The translations under genes were made by a program, and so were the position numbers. The notes under the pieces were generated by a model, which was not told the DNA's origin, made no database searches, and saw only the letters and a program-made list of their open reading frames with translations. A stretch of DNA of 64,000 bases from the human T2T-CHM13v2.0 reference genome, Homo sapiens. Of the stretch, positions 1-12,880 are shown piece after piece. The DNA is taken from assembly GCF_009914755.1 (NCBI RefSeq), contig NC_060928.1. The stretch is one strand, 5' to 3'. Each line of letters begins with the position of its first letter. The stretch's first letter is position 1.

Positions 1-106
1 ATGTGAACAAAAGATACTCCATAAATATCCATGGAGTGAATGAATGCATAAATGTATCTTGTGGAAAACATGATACTCTAAAGAGAATTTATTTAAAAGA
101 TGTAAC

Positions 107-270
107 AGGACAGCGATATGCTCCTATAGGCCCAGCTACTTGGGAGGCTGAGGCAGGAGGACTGCTTGAGCCCAAGAGTTCCAGGCTATAGTCCACTGTA
201 ATTGCACCTGTGAATTGCACTCCAGCCCACACAACATAGCAACATCCCACCTCTAAAGCAAAAAATAATA
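107..270 (+). mobile_element. Alu monomer (FAM/FRAM-like)
   Basis: cccagctacttgggaggctgaggcagg...cacctgtgaat...A-rich tail. Confidence 0.8.
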
Positions 271-653
271 ATAATTTTTAAGATGCAGAACTGTTTTTAT
301 CTTTAATAAATATATTTTATATAGCCTGGTTTTATATTTTCTTCTTATCCTAAATTGTCATTTCCTTCAATCTTTCTCATTTTAACATATTCAAATATGA
401 TATTTTTCACTCACAATTTTATTATTTGGAATCAATTTTCATTTAACTTTTTATATATTTTTTAATAAATGTTAAAATTAATAGACCAGTGTTTTTCAAA
501 GAGAAATTCTAAGTCAATATCTGGTATATCTAGTAATTCGGAAAGCGTGTTATGGGATTTCCACATGACATATTTCAAGTATTTTTAATAGAAAAATAAT
601 GAGAAAATACCTGTGAGTCCATCAAATTTATAATTAAAAGGTCCTTAACTTAC

Positions 654-692
654 AGTTGTTGGTAAGCATTTCAGAAGCAGCCTTGCTGATTT
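654..692 (-). CDS. TMPRSS11B: TMPRSS11B exon 6 (linker before activation site); gene continues off the left edge
   Basis: tttttcactttcag|AA...AACT|gtaagt; 39 nt; (E)ISKAASEMLTNN(C); phases consistent with exon 5. Confidence 0.95.
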
Positions 693-988
693 CTGAAAGT
701 GAAAAACAAAACAAAATATAAAATTGAGCAAATATCACCAAGCAATTGACTTCAACCTAAGAACATAAATGCTAACTTTCCTAACCCAATATTGTCCAAC
801 ATTTAACTATTTGGAGTAGTTCAGGTATTTTCAGCCCCTCTGACTCTTATTTGTTACATTATAACCATCTCTCCATATCTCTACTAGGTAGCCTAGAAAA
901 AGAGAAAAGGGAATAAAAAACAAAAATCAGTTTTATGATTATTGAAGTAAAATATTCAGTGCTGTAAGAAGCTGGCACCCTTACAAAT

Positions 989-1138
989 TGTTTTTTTATT
1001 ATACTTTAAGTTTCAGGGTACATGTGCACAACGTGCAGGTTTGTGACATATGTATACACGTGCCATGTTGGTGTGCTGCACCCATTAACTCGTCATTTAA
1101 CATTAGGTATATCTTCTAATGCTGTCCCTCCCCCCTCC
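989..1138 (-). mobile_element. Very short L1PA 3' end with TSD
   Basis: L1PA 3'UTR consensus (atactttaagtttcagggtacatgtgcac...), truncated at the G-rich tract; TSD cccttacaaat at 978-988 and 1139-1149. Confidence 0.9.
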
Positions 1139-1305
1139 CCCTTACAAATACTTTTAAGAGATCATGATAGAGATTTCTTTCCCATGATAATTCTCTTTAC
1201 TCTGAAATGCTCAGAATTATATATATTTTAAGGAAAAATGTCCCAATTAAAATTATACTTCACTGAGCCCATCCTGCTCTTTAGGGAAATCTCCTTACTA
1301 AGAAT

Positions 1306-1959
1306 GAATCATGAAATTTTGAGAACTTAAATTTAAATCTTTTTCCTATTGGTAAAAGACTTTAGAGAGAAGGAGAAGAGGAGGAAACTAAAGAAACACT
1401 AGAAAATGCTGACTATACTCTATGGGACACAGAAAGAGAGTAAACAACGTATCCCTCTTTCCCAAAAGCTACTCACAGAAAAATTTTATTGCTCCCTTGA
1501 AAAGTTCTACCTCAGGTTCCCTTCTTATTAGTGGTTCACTGGTAACGGGGTCTTTATTGTGTGGCAAAAGAGCGGTAACTGGCAGATGTTGCTGGCCTTT
1601 CAAGCCCTCGAAGACCCTAGGATTAATTGTCTGGCTGGAAGAACCATGAAACTGGACTCTGAAATCATATGCTTATCACCTAGCTGGACTTTTAACAATC
1701 CAAGTGACAGTTTCAAGACCTTTGCAAAACCTTCACAATCTTTACAAACTTCACTTTCTGTAAGGAGGCAAAATCTTATCATTTTTCTGTGAGAAGCTTT
1801 TGGGAAAGAGGGATAGATTGTTTACTCTCTTTCTGTGTCCCATAGAGTATACTCAGCATTTTCTAGTGTTTCTTTAGTTTCCTCCTCTTCTCCTTCCCTC
1901 TAAAGTCTTTTACCAATAGGAAAAAGATTTAAATTTAAGTTCTCAAAATTTCATGATTC
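1306..1959. repeat. Long inverted repeat: 179-bp arms (1306-1484, 1781-1959), 296-bp spacer
   Basis: Arms are ungapped reverse complements with 5 mismatches by hand count. Confidence 0.95.
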
Positions 1960-2164
1960 CCTTGTTTTCTAGGGAATTTTCCAGACAATTTTTTTCTTTA
2001 AAAGTGGTATTACTCCAGTTTTTTCACAAAAATCAATAAGAACTCCCATCCCTAACATTGTTCTTAACTCCTGCAGTCTCCTTACTGAAAGACCAAGAAA
2101 GCCCTAAATCTGCTTTCTGTCATGAGATCCTGACAAAAGCAAGGAGTAGAAAAGAAAGATACTT

Positions 2165-2447
2165 TGCCTGGGCTCGGTGGCTCATGCCTGTAATCCCAGC
2201 ACTTTGGGAGGCCGAGGTGGGCAGATCACAAGGTCGGGAGTTCAAGACCAGTGTGACTAACATGGTAAAACCCTGTCTCTACTAAAAATACAAAAAAATT
2301 AGCCAGGTGTGGTGGCGGATGCTTGTAGTCCCAGGCTGAGGCAGGAGAACTGCTTGAACCTGGGAGGCAGAGGTTTCAGTGAGCCGAGATCACGCCACTG
2401 CACTCCAGCCTGGGCAACAGAGCAAGACTCCATCTCAAAAAAAAAAA
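2165..2447 (+). mobile_element. AluS
   Basis: Dimeric Alu with A tail. Confidence 0.92.
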
Positions 2448-2738
2448 CAAGAAGATAATTCAATTAGAACCCTTCACCCCCTTTCCCATGCATAATAGCC
2501 AAACCCTTCCAAACTTACATCCATGCTTGCAGTGTAACCCTCATTCCTATCATTCTTCAGACAATGATTCCATGGCACTGCCCTTTCCACTACCAAGTCA
2601 TTGCTAGGGGTGCCAGAGTTAGGTACGCATATTTTTTTCCCGAATTACTAAAACTCTTAGTTCACTTTTTAGTACTTTTTAAAAAAATAATCCAGAAAAA
2701 ACCTATGTAATAGAAAATAATGGAAATAAGTCAAATAC

Positions 2739-2899
2739 CCATGAGTTTAATGGAAGCAGGAACTGCATTCCAGGATGCCATGTTGTTTTTCAACATCTGA
2801 TGTAATTTAGCCTTGATTTTAGTCCTCATGCTAACTCCTTCTGCTGGAGGAAACTTGAATTTCAGCTGTAACTGCACATTTGAACCATTGGCATTAGGC
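2739..2899 (-). CDS. TMPRSS11B: TMPRSS11B exon 5, SEA domain
   Basis: gttgtttctag|G...ATGG|gtattt; 161 nt; (L)PNANGSNVQLQLKFKFPPAEGVSMRTKIKAKLHQMLKNNMASWNAVPASIKLM. Confidence 0.97.
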
Positions 2900-4277
2900 C
2901 TAGAAACAACAGAAATTTTCTAATGTACTGTTTCTTGATCTTTTAGAGGTTTTGTGAACACATTAAATTTCACACATTTTAATTATCACATTTTCTTTAC
3001 ATATATTAAAGAAAAATATACATATACTATCTAAGCATGTATAAAATTCAAAGATATCTAAAAAAACTTCTAGTACGTCTAGTTCAGATGTGCTATTCAT
3101 GGAAGAAAATATAGACCACAAACTAAAATCAGAATATTTCAAACACTATGGGAAATGGAATACTGGCCAAGAAATGATTGGCATGAAGTCTTACTATAAT
3201 ACAATAAAAACCAGTGCTCTCATAAAGAATTTTTCTAATAACTTCATTTTATAGAAAGAGATAAATGAGAAAATAAAGATAGGGCAGGGAAGCATTCAAA
3301 AGACAATTTCCAGCATGTATTTAGAAGCCAGTGCTAACCTTCTTCCTACGGTTTTTTTATACATAACCAGTCTGCCCCAACAGATCTATACAATGAAAAA
3401 GCTCAGAAAGAGAATTCTAAAGCATGAAGGACATCTTGATTATATATTCAGTACATTCTTTTGATTAATCAGGAAAAGAGATTAATTCATTTTGGAAGAC
3501 TTTCAAACCAAAGCCATATCAATCAGAATTGTTAAAATATCCATAATTTCACTTTCAAATAATTATGATCAATTCTAGGGTCTTTGAAGGTTTTTGTTTG
3601 TCTGTAGGTAAGTAGGTTGGTTAGGTCAGCTGGATTTTTTGTTTGTTTTGTTTTGAGAGTTCAGAATTCCCCAGAACTGATATTAACAATTACCAAATTA
3701 CAAGTGGGCTCTACCCTCATTACTCTTCCCCCATACACTATACCCTCCTCCCTGCATCCCTCCCTACCACCACTATCTTCAGGCATCCTTCAAAGGTGTG
3801 TCTAGACAAATGTTGTCTTAAAATATTGTCTTTGTTCCACAGCCATTGTAAGGATGATAATTATTAAGGAAACTAAAATAGGATGTTTTTAGGGAAGGTA
3901 TGGGCTAAAAACAAACCAGTTGAATTATTTGTTTTCCCTGGAGTTATAATTATCTTTCATCATAGCAGTCAGTTAGGACTGACCACCACCAATAACCTTA
4001 TAATTCTTTTGCAGGTATAAGATTAAAGATTTGTATATAATGACTCTTGCCCAGAACAGAAATTTGCTAGATACAATGATACTTTCATTCATGGAGAACT
4101 TGATCTTTCTTTTTCTTTTTTTTTCTATTTCCTTCGTTCCTTCCTTTCTTTCTTTCCTTTCCTTTGTTTCTCTTTTTCTTTATGTTTGTTTTTTGTTGTT
4201 ATTGTTATCTAAAATCAAGGTTGTATGATATATCACCTACTTTCCTTTCATAAAATCTTAAATGAACTTGTACTTAC

Positions 4278-4345
4278 AGAAGTTTGATGACCTCAGATTT
4301 GACATATTCCTTATATATACTGGAATTTTGAAATGCATTTAACAT
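4278..4345 (-). CDS. TMPRSS11B: TMPRSS11B exon 4, SEA domain
   Basis: ctcttgtcag|ATG...CT|gtaagt; 68 nt; MLNAFQNSSIYKEYVKSEVIKL; preceded by a short 81-nt intron. Confidence 0.97.
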
Positions 4346-4426
4346 CTGACAAGAGAAAAAAAACAGTCATCATGTATGTTTCAATCAAATTTATAATAAA
4401 ATTAATTTTAAAAATCTCTGATTTAC

Positions 4427-4542
4427 CTTAGTCTCAATATCTTTGCTTAGATTTGTGCTGGCTTGTGAAGCTGCGTTTTCACAATTATCATTGTATGTGA
4501 CTCCAGAAATATGAAAATCACCTTGATAATAGTAAGTCTTCT
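4427..4542 (-). CDS. TMPRSS11B: TMPRSS11B exon 3, SEA domain start
   Basis: ttttgcag|AG...AAG|gtaaat; 116 nt; (E)KTYYYQGDFHISGVTYNDNCENAASQASTNLSKDIETK. Confidence 0.97.
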
Positions 4543-4602
4543 CTGCAAAATTAAGAAAAAAAAACCTCAAAGAATTTTAAAGTGGAAAGTGACTTTAAAG
4601 CG

Positions 4603-4776
4603 ATTTATACCTCTGCCTCAACATTCCACCCAGCTTTAGAAATAATCCATTTATACCTCTGCCTCAACCATTTATACCTCTGCCTTAACATTTATACCTC
4701 TGCCTCAACATTTATACCTCTGCCTTAACCATTTATACCTCTGCCTCAACATTCAACCCAGCTTTAGAAATAATCC
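4603..4776. repeat. Compound minisatellite: six 20-21-bp units plus two copies of a 26-bp block
   Basis: atttatacctctgcc(t/c)aac(c)-type unit x6; attc(c/a)acccagctttagaaataatcc at 4623-4648 and 4751-4776. Confidence 0.95.
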
Positions 4777-5190
4777 AAGGGAGGGAGAAAAATAAAAGGA
4801 GAGGAGTGAACAATTGTTTATTCCAGAAATGGCAACTCCATATCATTCATTCAATGATCCCCGCTTTCCCTTTATGTGATAATAGACATTACTGTCCTGC
4901 TAAGTCCAGATATACCCTCAGCACCCTCCTCAAAACAGCAATGCCCACAGTCACTAACAATCCACCTGAGTATGCACTAGATATAAAACATCTTTTACAT
5001 GTATAGTCTAAACTCAGCCTAGCAATTACCCAATTAATCTTTCTAAGCAATTCTAATACAGGAAACATACAAGCATCAGTCACCCTTCACTTTCTGGATG
5101 ATATACACTGTCTTGCACCCTTTTGTATGCCCTTTGCCTGCTGGCCTGGTTTCCATTCCTTGATGTTATTCCTGGAGGACACCATGGTGC

Positions 5191-5191
<1 letters not shown>

Positions 5192-5230
<39 letters not shown>

Positions 5231-5842
5231 CTTTAACTTCTGGGATACACGTGCAGAACATGCAGATTTGTCACATAGGTATACACGTGCCATAGTGGTT
5301 TGCTGTACCCATCAACCTGCCATCTACATTAGTTATTTCTCCTAATGCTATCCCTCCACTAGTGCCTCCACCTCCCTGCCAACCCTGGTGTGTGATGTTC
5401 CCCTCCCTGTGTCCATGTGTTTTCATTGTTCAGCTCCCACTTATGAGTGAGAACATGTGGTGTTTGGTTTTCTGTTCCTGTGTTAGTTTGCTGAGAATGA
5501 TGGTTTCCAGCTTCATCCATGTCCCTGCAAAAGACATGAACTCATTCTTTTTATGGCTGAATAGTACTCCATGGTGTATATGTGCCATATTTTCTTTACC
5601 CAGTCTATCATTGATGGGCATTTGGGTTGGTTCTAAGTCTTTGCTATTGTGAACAGTGCTGCAATAAACATAAGGGTGCATATGTCTTTATAGTAGAATG
5701 ATAATGATTTATCATCCTTTGGGTATATACTCAGTAATGGGATTGCTGGGTCAAATGGTATTTCTGGTTCTAGATCCTTGAGGAATCATCTCACTGTCTT
5801 CCACAGTGGTTGAACTAATTTACACTCCCAACAGTGTAAAAG
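5192..5842 (-). mobile_element. L1PA (PA7/8-like) 3' fragment with (TAA)n tail
   Basis: L1 3'UTR/ORF2 end; TSD catggtgcc at 5183-5191 and 5843-5851. Confidence 0.92.
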
Positions 5843-6014
5843 CATGGTGCCCTTTTATTTCCCTACAGCATATGATGGGTGGTGCTTTGTGTGAGTCACA
5901 AGGTCTCATATCCCCATCTTTTCCTTTCCCCAAATATAAACTGCTTCACGTGATACATTAGGTCACCATAATTTAAAACAGGACAAGCCTCTTAAAAATA
6001 GGAATTACCAAGAT

Positions 6015-6310
<296 letters not shown>

Positions 6311-6714
6311 AACTAATATGAAAGAATACCCTGTTTTGGTTAAGTAATTAGCCATTCCTGTATTTTGAGAGCAATTGTGCTTTTGATCCACCTTTAACAT
6401 ACACCATGTAGTCTCTAAGTTACTGAAAAGTATGATCTCCTAAGCTGAAATAATTTATTACCCTGTAAGTTAGAAATAATTTTAAAATAAAATAAAAATT
6501 GATTTCCTATATTCCTATAGATTCTTATATTTTTCCTTATGGTAACCAATATATACAAAAGTCCAATGCCAAAGTCTGTCTGAGAAGTTACCTGAAAAGA
6601 TGAATGCATATGAAGCTAGAGGAGCTAGTTCCAGCCCCATCACAAATCAGCTGTGCTGTCTTGGCATATTTAGCCCGCTGGGATTTTCTTTATTAATCAC
6701 AAAAACTAAATTGC

Positions 6715-7088
<374 letters not shown>

Positions 7089-7344
7089 TTATCATTTTCA
7101 TCTGTGAAGCTTGTCACCAAATGACTAAAGTAAATAATTAGAATCTGCTAACTTTGTGTTACATCCAGAATACTGAACCAGGGTATTTACAAGTAGGTAG
7201 ATTAATTTGTCAAAAGTCTCATACATCATGCCCAGATTCTGAGAAACCATTATGTTTAGATTTCTGATTCCAGTTATAATTTTACTGGAGAATTCTATCA
7301 GTTCAAGGTACCATTTTAAAATTAATTTTCACTTGATTTTTACT

Positions 7345-7800
7345 GTGGATTGAATTGTATCCCCTCCAAAATTCATATGTTGAAGCCCTAAACACCAATG
7401 TGACTGTATTTGGAGACATGATCTTTAAGGGAGAATTATGGTTAAATGGGGTCATAAGGTTGAGACACGAATCCAATAGGACTAGTCTCCTTATAAGAGA
7501 AAGAGAGACCAGATCTCTCTTGCGCGCTCTCTCTCGCGCGCGCGCTCTCTCTCTCGCACTCTATCTCTCTCGCTCTCTCTCTCTTTCTCACTCACTCACT
7601 TCACCCCATCTCCCAAAATACACACAGAGGAAAGGCCACGGGAAGGCACAGTGAGAATCCAGCTATTTAGAAGCCAGGAAAAGAAGTCTCCCCAGAAACT
7701 AACCAGCATATTGGTCTTAAAAGTCCAGTCTCCAAGATTGTGAAAAAATGTCTGTTGTTTAACCTAGCCAGTCTGTGGATTTTGATATGGCAGATTGAGC
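7345..7800 (+). mobile_element. MLT1 (MaLR) LTR containing a (CT)n/(CG)n microsatellite at ~7513-7600
   Basis: tgaattgtatcccctccaaaattcatatgttgaagccctaa... MLT1A/B-type start and 3' end. Confidence 0.8.
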
Positions 7801-8039
7801 AATTATAATTATTTAGATAAACTGAATGGAAATCTATTCTATATTCTATACTGTGGTCAGTGATTTTCAGTTTTACAGACATAGCAACAGTAATCTTTAC
7901 ATGGTAAACTGCCCTCCATTTCAAAGTTTATCAAGTCTTTTTTCTTAGGATAGACAGATTTTATTACCTCTCTAAAACATTGTTTTATACTAATAGATTA
8001 TAACAATACCTATACATCATAATCACTATAGAGCTTCCA

Positions 8040-8175
8040 AAAGGCATGCATGGGTAAGGTCATGCCCCGGTCCAACTGGATCAGCTAACCTAAGGGTAGG
8101 GCCTAGAGAATGAACACTACTTCAAAAGAGCTCGACAGGTGATTCTGAGAAGAAGCTAGGGTTTGGAACTATTAG
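8040..8175. mobile_element. MER5-type hAT DNA transposon remnant
   Basis: caggtgattctgag...gtttggaactatt resembles the MER5A/B end. Confidence 0.5.
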
Positions 8176-8392
8176 ATAAACTATCTGAAGAATTATGAAA
8201 TTGGTTATACATGTGTATTAAGCTTTTGGAAATAGCATTGTTAAGTAAAACGGTTGAGAAAGAGATGAACCAAAGTCATTTCTAGAATAATGATCTTTGT
8301 GAAATACTTATCTCTGAGTTAATCTAAAAAGTGGAAACTCAAAAGTTAAAAAAAGTTGATTGAGAAATAATAGATGTATTTAGACAGGGAAA

Positions 8393-8486
8393 CTAATTTC
8401 ATGCTACTTAAATGAGGGATTACAATAGCTGCCATCCAGCTAATTTCATACCACTTAAATGAGAGATTACAGTAGCTGTTATCCAG
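8393..8486. repeat. Old 47-bp tandem duplication
   Basis: ctaatttcat..ccatccag (8393-8439) vs 8440-8486; 6 mismatches, all transitions. Confidence 0.85.
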
Positions 8487-9960
8487 CTTAAGTTATTCTC
8501 AATATTAACAAATATTATATTCGTTCCTAAGCCAGAGTCCTACAGCAGAAACTCCTCTTCCAAACTGACTTCAAACAACATTTACCACAGCGTTTGTGTC
8601 CATTTTTACTCCACAGGTAGGACAGTTCAAGTAATTTAACTTGAAGTAATTTAAGCTGCTGTAGCCTTCTATCTGAAATAGTAGGTGGTTGACCATGTAG
8701 AGTCATTGAAGGGTGAATTATCATCCCATGCACCTCCTGCTCCAGCCAGGGTTCTGTAGTTCCCCTTTGCACCACTCCTTTCCATTAAGACCTTGCTTCC
8801 CCAGGAAAGGGGACCTGTTAAGATGCAAACTGTATGTTGAAAAAATGGATTTTTTCACAAGGGCTTGATTTTGAAAACTCAGAGCACTGTACTTAAGGAA
8901 ATTATGTGAAGAATGTTATTTTTTAATGAGTAGAGGGAAAGAGAGGACAGAAAGAGATTATGAACATTTCATGGATAGATATGGCAGACAGGAGATTGAG
9001 TGCCCATTACCCTTCTGAAAGACAAGTCTTAAGAGGACTGAGGAGAAACAAAGGAAAAGAAGCCAGGTTGAAAGAAACTGTGTAATTTTTGCTGAGTCAG
9101 CCAAAATTTGTCTACATTGTATTATTGTATAGGGTTATATATTTCAGAGATATAAAACTCAGAAAAATCATGATAAAATAGTATAATTAAACTATTAAGT
9201 ATATTAATATCAAGCTTTTAAGCAAGCTATGCTACTTAAAAGCTTGTGGTATCAAGCAAGTCACTTTACTTTTCTGAGCCCCAGTGTACTGTATGTGAAA
9301 ATAAGGATAGTAGTAAAATCTGTCATCCCTAGCTCACAGGATTATTGGGAAGATAAAGTGGAATGATGGATGTCAAATTTATTTTAAAACATTAAATAAC
9401 TATACAGGTTTAAGGACTTATTTTTTAGAAAAGTAAAAATAAATTGGAAACTAAGCTTTGTGAGTATACTGTTAATAAAAGTTTTAAAAATAAAACCATG
9501 TTTGTGCAAACATTTAGCCATTAAACCAAGCTTGACTATCTACTATTAAAAGAGTTATTTGCAGATTTTTCATTGCTACTTATTCATCATATCTTAATAA
9601 CCAATAGCAGAATTGAACCAAGAAGAGAAGGAATCTCTAAAGTTTGAGATATATTTACTACAGGATGTAACAATTCAACTACAAGCCTACTATAAGCTCC
9701 TTTAATGACAATGAATATTGACATCAAAGCATTGAACATTTCAGTCTTGCTCATACCCCCATAGTTAGTGATATAATTTACAAGGAGGCCTCTGATTCAA
9801 AAAATTTTATAAATTTCTGTGTCATAATAAACTGTGTTGAAATAAAATAGTAAATAAGAAAACTCCCAAGAAGAAATTTAATGTTCATGTTGTTTTTTTT
9901 CAATTTTTAAAATTTAAAGATTTATAGCAAGGATGAAAACTGAAAATAATCAGTACTCAC

Positions 9961-10076
9961 CAACTGCCAGAAAATGAACAAGAAGACCAATGGTTACTCC
10001 CAAGATTGCCGCCACTCCAAGAAAAATAAAGATCGTAGTCCATAGTGGCCAAGATCTTTGGGAAGATATGCCGTGC
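9961..10076 (-). CDS. TMPRSS11B: TMPRSS11B exon 2, type II transmembrane anchor
   Basis: ttttcctctttcatag|G...GTTG|gtgagt; 116 nt; translates HGISSQRSWPLWTTIFIFLGVAAILGVTIGLLVHFLAV. Confidence 0.97.
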
Positions 10077-10457
10077 CTATGAAAGAGGAAAATTTTGGTT
10101 CAAATCAGATAATAACAATCAAAATCTACCTGCCTCTCCTTCAACTCATAGTACATGAATTGTAGTTTATACATTAGTCCTTTATGCTAGCTGAAAACAT
10201 AGAAACCTCAAATGCCTCAAAGAGGATAGACCCTAATGCTCATTCACTTAGCAAATCATCATTGATCCCAGGTTAGCTGCTGGAAATACATCAGTGAGCA
10301 AAATAGACATGATTTCTGTCCTCATGTTGCTGAAGAGAAATTGACTTGCTTTTTTTAAAAATTGAAGCAGGTTACAAAACATTAGTTGTAGTCTGATTGT
10401 ATTTTTGTAAACTATAGCCATATCATGCACAGGGACATATAAAGACTTATAGACATA

Positions 10458-10730
10458 ATTAAATACATAATATAATATAATATATATAATATTATATTAT
10501 ATATATTATATTATATATATTATAATATATATAATATAATATATATATTATATTATACATAATATAATATATATAATATTATATATATAATATTATATTA
10601 TATATTATATATATATTATATATGTAATATATATTATAATATATATTATATATAATATTATATTATATATAATATTATATATATAATATATAATATATTA
10701 TGTATTATATTATAAATACATAATATAACA
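10458..10730. repeat. AT-only low-complexity (TA/TAA/TATAA)n tract
   Basis: ~270 bp almost entirely A/T. Confidence 0.95.
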
Positions 10731-10864
10731 AGTTTTAATTATAGGTTTGATAATTGCAGATGGAAATACCATGATGTCAACTGCAATAATCTCTATGTAA
10801 TAAAATTATAGATTTTTTGTTTACTTTTAACTGCATTTTCTAATTTTTCTTTTTTTTAGTTTTC

Positions 10865-11167
10865 TTTCTTTCTTTCTTTCTTTTTTTTGAGACAGAGCCT
10901 CACTCTGTCATCCAGGCTGGAGTGCAGTAGTACAATCTCAGCTCATTGTAACCTCTGCCCCACTGGGCTCAACTGATCCTCCCACCTCAGCCTCCTGAGT
11001 ATCTGGGACCACAGGGGTGCACCACCACACCCAGCTATTTTTTTGTAATAGAGTCAGTGGTCTCACCATGTTGCCCAGGCTAGTCTCAAACTCCTGAGCT
11101 CAAGCGATCTGCCCATCTTGGCCTCCCAAAGTGTTGGGATTACAAGCATGAGCCACTGCACCTGGCC
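10865..11167 (-). mobile_element. AluJ
   Basis: Reverse Alu with T-rich tail. Confidence 0.88.
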
Positions 11168-12621
11168 TATTTTCTATAATGTTTCTACAACAAATGTAAA
11201 TTATTTGCATAATATAAATTAATAGATCAGTTAGTTGTTTTATCATCAAAGCCAATCAATTAGTTGAAACAGAATTAGAAAATATGGTGGTTCGGCATCA
11301 TAGAGATAAAGCAGTTTATGGTTACAGTTACATTGTATGGCCACACTAAGCTTAATCTACATAAAGTTTGAATCCTAGTTATTTTTCATATCTTGAGAGA
11401 TGATGTTATATAATTGTCCATTGGAGGAAGGGCTGTAACATAAACATTCATGATTTCAAATGCAAAACATCCTCAGCTGCTTCTTCAATCTCTATTCTGT
11501 ATCATTCTAAATAAACCTTGCAAAACAGAAGAGTTTGTAATCAGGGAACATATTTGGTGAATTACATATTTCCTATGAGTATGTGAACCTTTTTGTTCTC
11601 ATCTCATCCAGGACCAACTGACTTTTAGGTAGATACATTTTTGTTTTTGTTTTTTTTAGCATTACCTGATACAACTGTGCAACTCCACCTAAATTTGTTT
11701 CCTCTTCACTCTGTTCCACATTCTTAATCCTACCTCTTCCTTATACCTCTTTGTCTCTTTTGATGACTTGTTAATTAGTGTTTCGCAGAACCAACATTAT
11801 TCATCAAAGCTCTTCAAAGAAACTCCTTATTTCAGACACATTTCATGTATTTTTTCATACCAGAATGCTGTTGTTTAATATCAGCCTCACAGAAAAAAGT
11901 CTACTCAGGCATAGCATTTTTAATACAGTATTTATAACTTTATTAATATTGGATAACATGTTTCTTTTAATGACTATAAAAGTGCACTGTGACAGTAAGG
12001 TCTCAAATTTGTTTGGAATTAGCCAGTTATAACAGTCTGGTAGCTTGGGCTTTCTGAGACATGCATATTAGTCTAAGAGACTAAACATTATGTAGCCTAA
12101 ATAATTATTCTAAGTTCTGAGATGGTTTCAAAATAATCACTGCTTTACCCAGCTTAAAAGAGATTTTTCTCTAAAAACCCATTTTGGATGCTCTGAAAAT
12201 TTCTGAAGAGTACATATTATTGACTATAGCTCTGACATGACTTTTTCCTCCTCACATGGCTTTCTCTTGTCAAAAATAATTTAAAGTACTATTTTATATC
12301 TAAAAGAGTACAGTAAGTTTGTGATTAACTCAACCCTTCCTCTAATAAATGTAGCCTCTGGGAATTTATTATTATTTTTGAATAATAGCTGCACTTTTAA
12401 AAATTATGTTCTAAATATCAAAAAATGTCCATTCATGAAACAATTTACTCTCATTTACCAAATTAATTTTTGGCAACACTTTTTTCTAAAGGTAGCATTT
12501 GCATTACAAGATGAATCCCTCACTTAACAAAGGAAATAGGTTAAAAATTAATCTTCAATGAATTTAACCAACTTCGTGTACTTAACTAAACTATAATTGC
12601 CTCACTTTTAGAATGAATCTA

Positions 12622-12880
<259 letters not shown>

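Noticed and set aside
1306-1959. Inverted repeat read as a MITE/DNA transposon
   Set aside because: No TSD and no recognised TIR; 97% arm identity is higher than expected for extinct primate DNA transposons.
4603-4776. Repeat-spacer-repeat pattern resembling a CRISPR array
   Set aside because: Eukaryotic intron; the 'spacers' are copies of each other and most units are directly adjacent, so this is a VNTR.
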